This document shows positions 21,399-21,869 of a DNA stretch of 21,869 nucleotides, in pieces. The DNA comes from Macrostomum lignano. Taxonomy: Eukaryota. The stretch covers positions 1 to 21,869 of the forward strand of contig NIVC01005200.1 of NCBI GenBank assembly GCA_002269645.1, in the 5' to 3' direction. Within the stretch, counting starts at the first letter, position 1; every line of letters starts with the position of its first letter. The notes beneath the pieces are model-generated. The model was not told the DNA's origin and did not search any database. It was given only the letters and a program-made list of their open reading frames with translations. Position numbers and translations under genes: made by a program.

Positions 21399-21869
21399 GT
21401 ATCAGGGGCGGTTTTCAAAGTAAGTGTCAGGGGCGGGTTAGTGAGGATCGGGTTTAGTGGAGTATCAGAGGCGGGTTTAGTGAGTATCAGAGGCGGGTTT
21501 AGTGGAGTATCAGAGGCGGATTTAGTGAGTATCAGAGGCAGGTTAAGTGGAGTATCAGGGGCGGGTTTAGTAAAGTATCAGGGGCGGGTTTAAGGGATAT
21601 CAGGGCGGTTTAGAAGGAGTACTCAGAGGGGGGGGGGAGTGGAGCATCAGGCGCGAGTTTGGAGATATAAGGGCGGGTTTTAGTCGAGTATCAGGGGCGG
21701 GTTTAGGGAAGTATCAGGGCGGGTTTAGTGGAGTATCAGGGGCGGGTTTAGTGGAGTATCAGGGGCGGGTTTAGTGGAGTATCAGGGGCGGGTTATTGAG
21801 TATCAGGGGCGGGTTTAGTCGAGTATCAGGGGCGGGTTTATTGAGTATCAGGGGCGGGTTTAGTGGAGT
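21399..21869. repeat. G-rich 23-bp minisatellite, right part, running to the window end
   Basis: Same unit as 18021-18348, more degenerate. Confidence 0.96.

Noticed and set aside
17150-21869. CRISPR array or true telomere for the 32-bp and 23-bp repeats
   Set aside because: The units are head-to-tail with no unique spacers, the context is eukaryotic, and there is no pure TTTAGGG/TTAGGG run.

Overview
Repeat-rich eukaryotic genomic DNA with four main components. (1) A candidate minus-strand, intron-containing gene (~15361 down to ~230) that reads as a continuous, splice-phase-compatible, Gln-rich protein only if TAA/TAG encode Gln and TGA is the sole stop (translation table 6). (2) Inside it, an ~11.5 kb tandem array of ~645-bp units (2496-13967). 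Each unit looks like one intron plus one frame-preserving exon carrying a poly-Gln tract, and the array appears to derive from unequal crossing-over between two paralogous exons. (3) A 380-bp non-coding retroposon inserted into the CAG tract of one unit. Its 5' end is exactly the cleavage-site G of a well-formed HDV-like ribozyme, and it has an (AAAG)n tail. (4) A 3050-bp hAT DNA transposon with TIRs, an 8-bp TSD and an intron-containing, frameshifted transposase, inserted into a G-rich 23-bp minisatellite. Several other mini- and microsatellites are present. Most ORFs in the supplied track are alternative-frame or antisense shadows of these elements. Scattered 1-nt indels suggest assembly consensus errors. 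All gene models are manual and untested.
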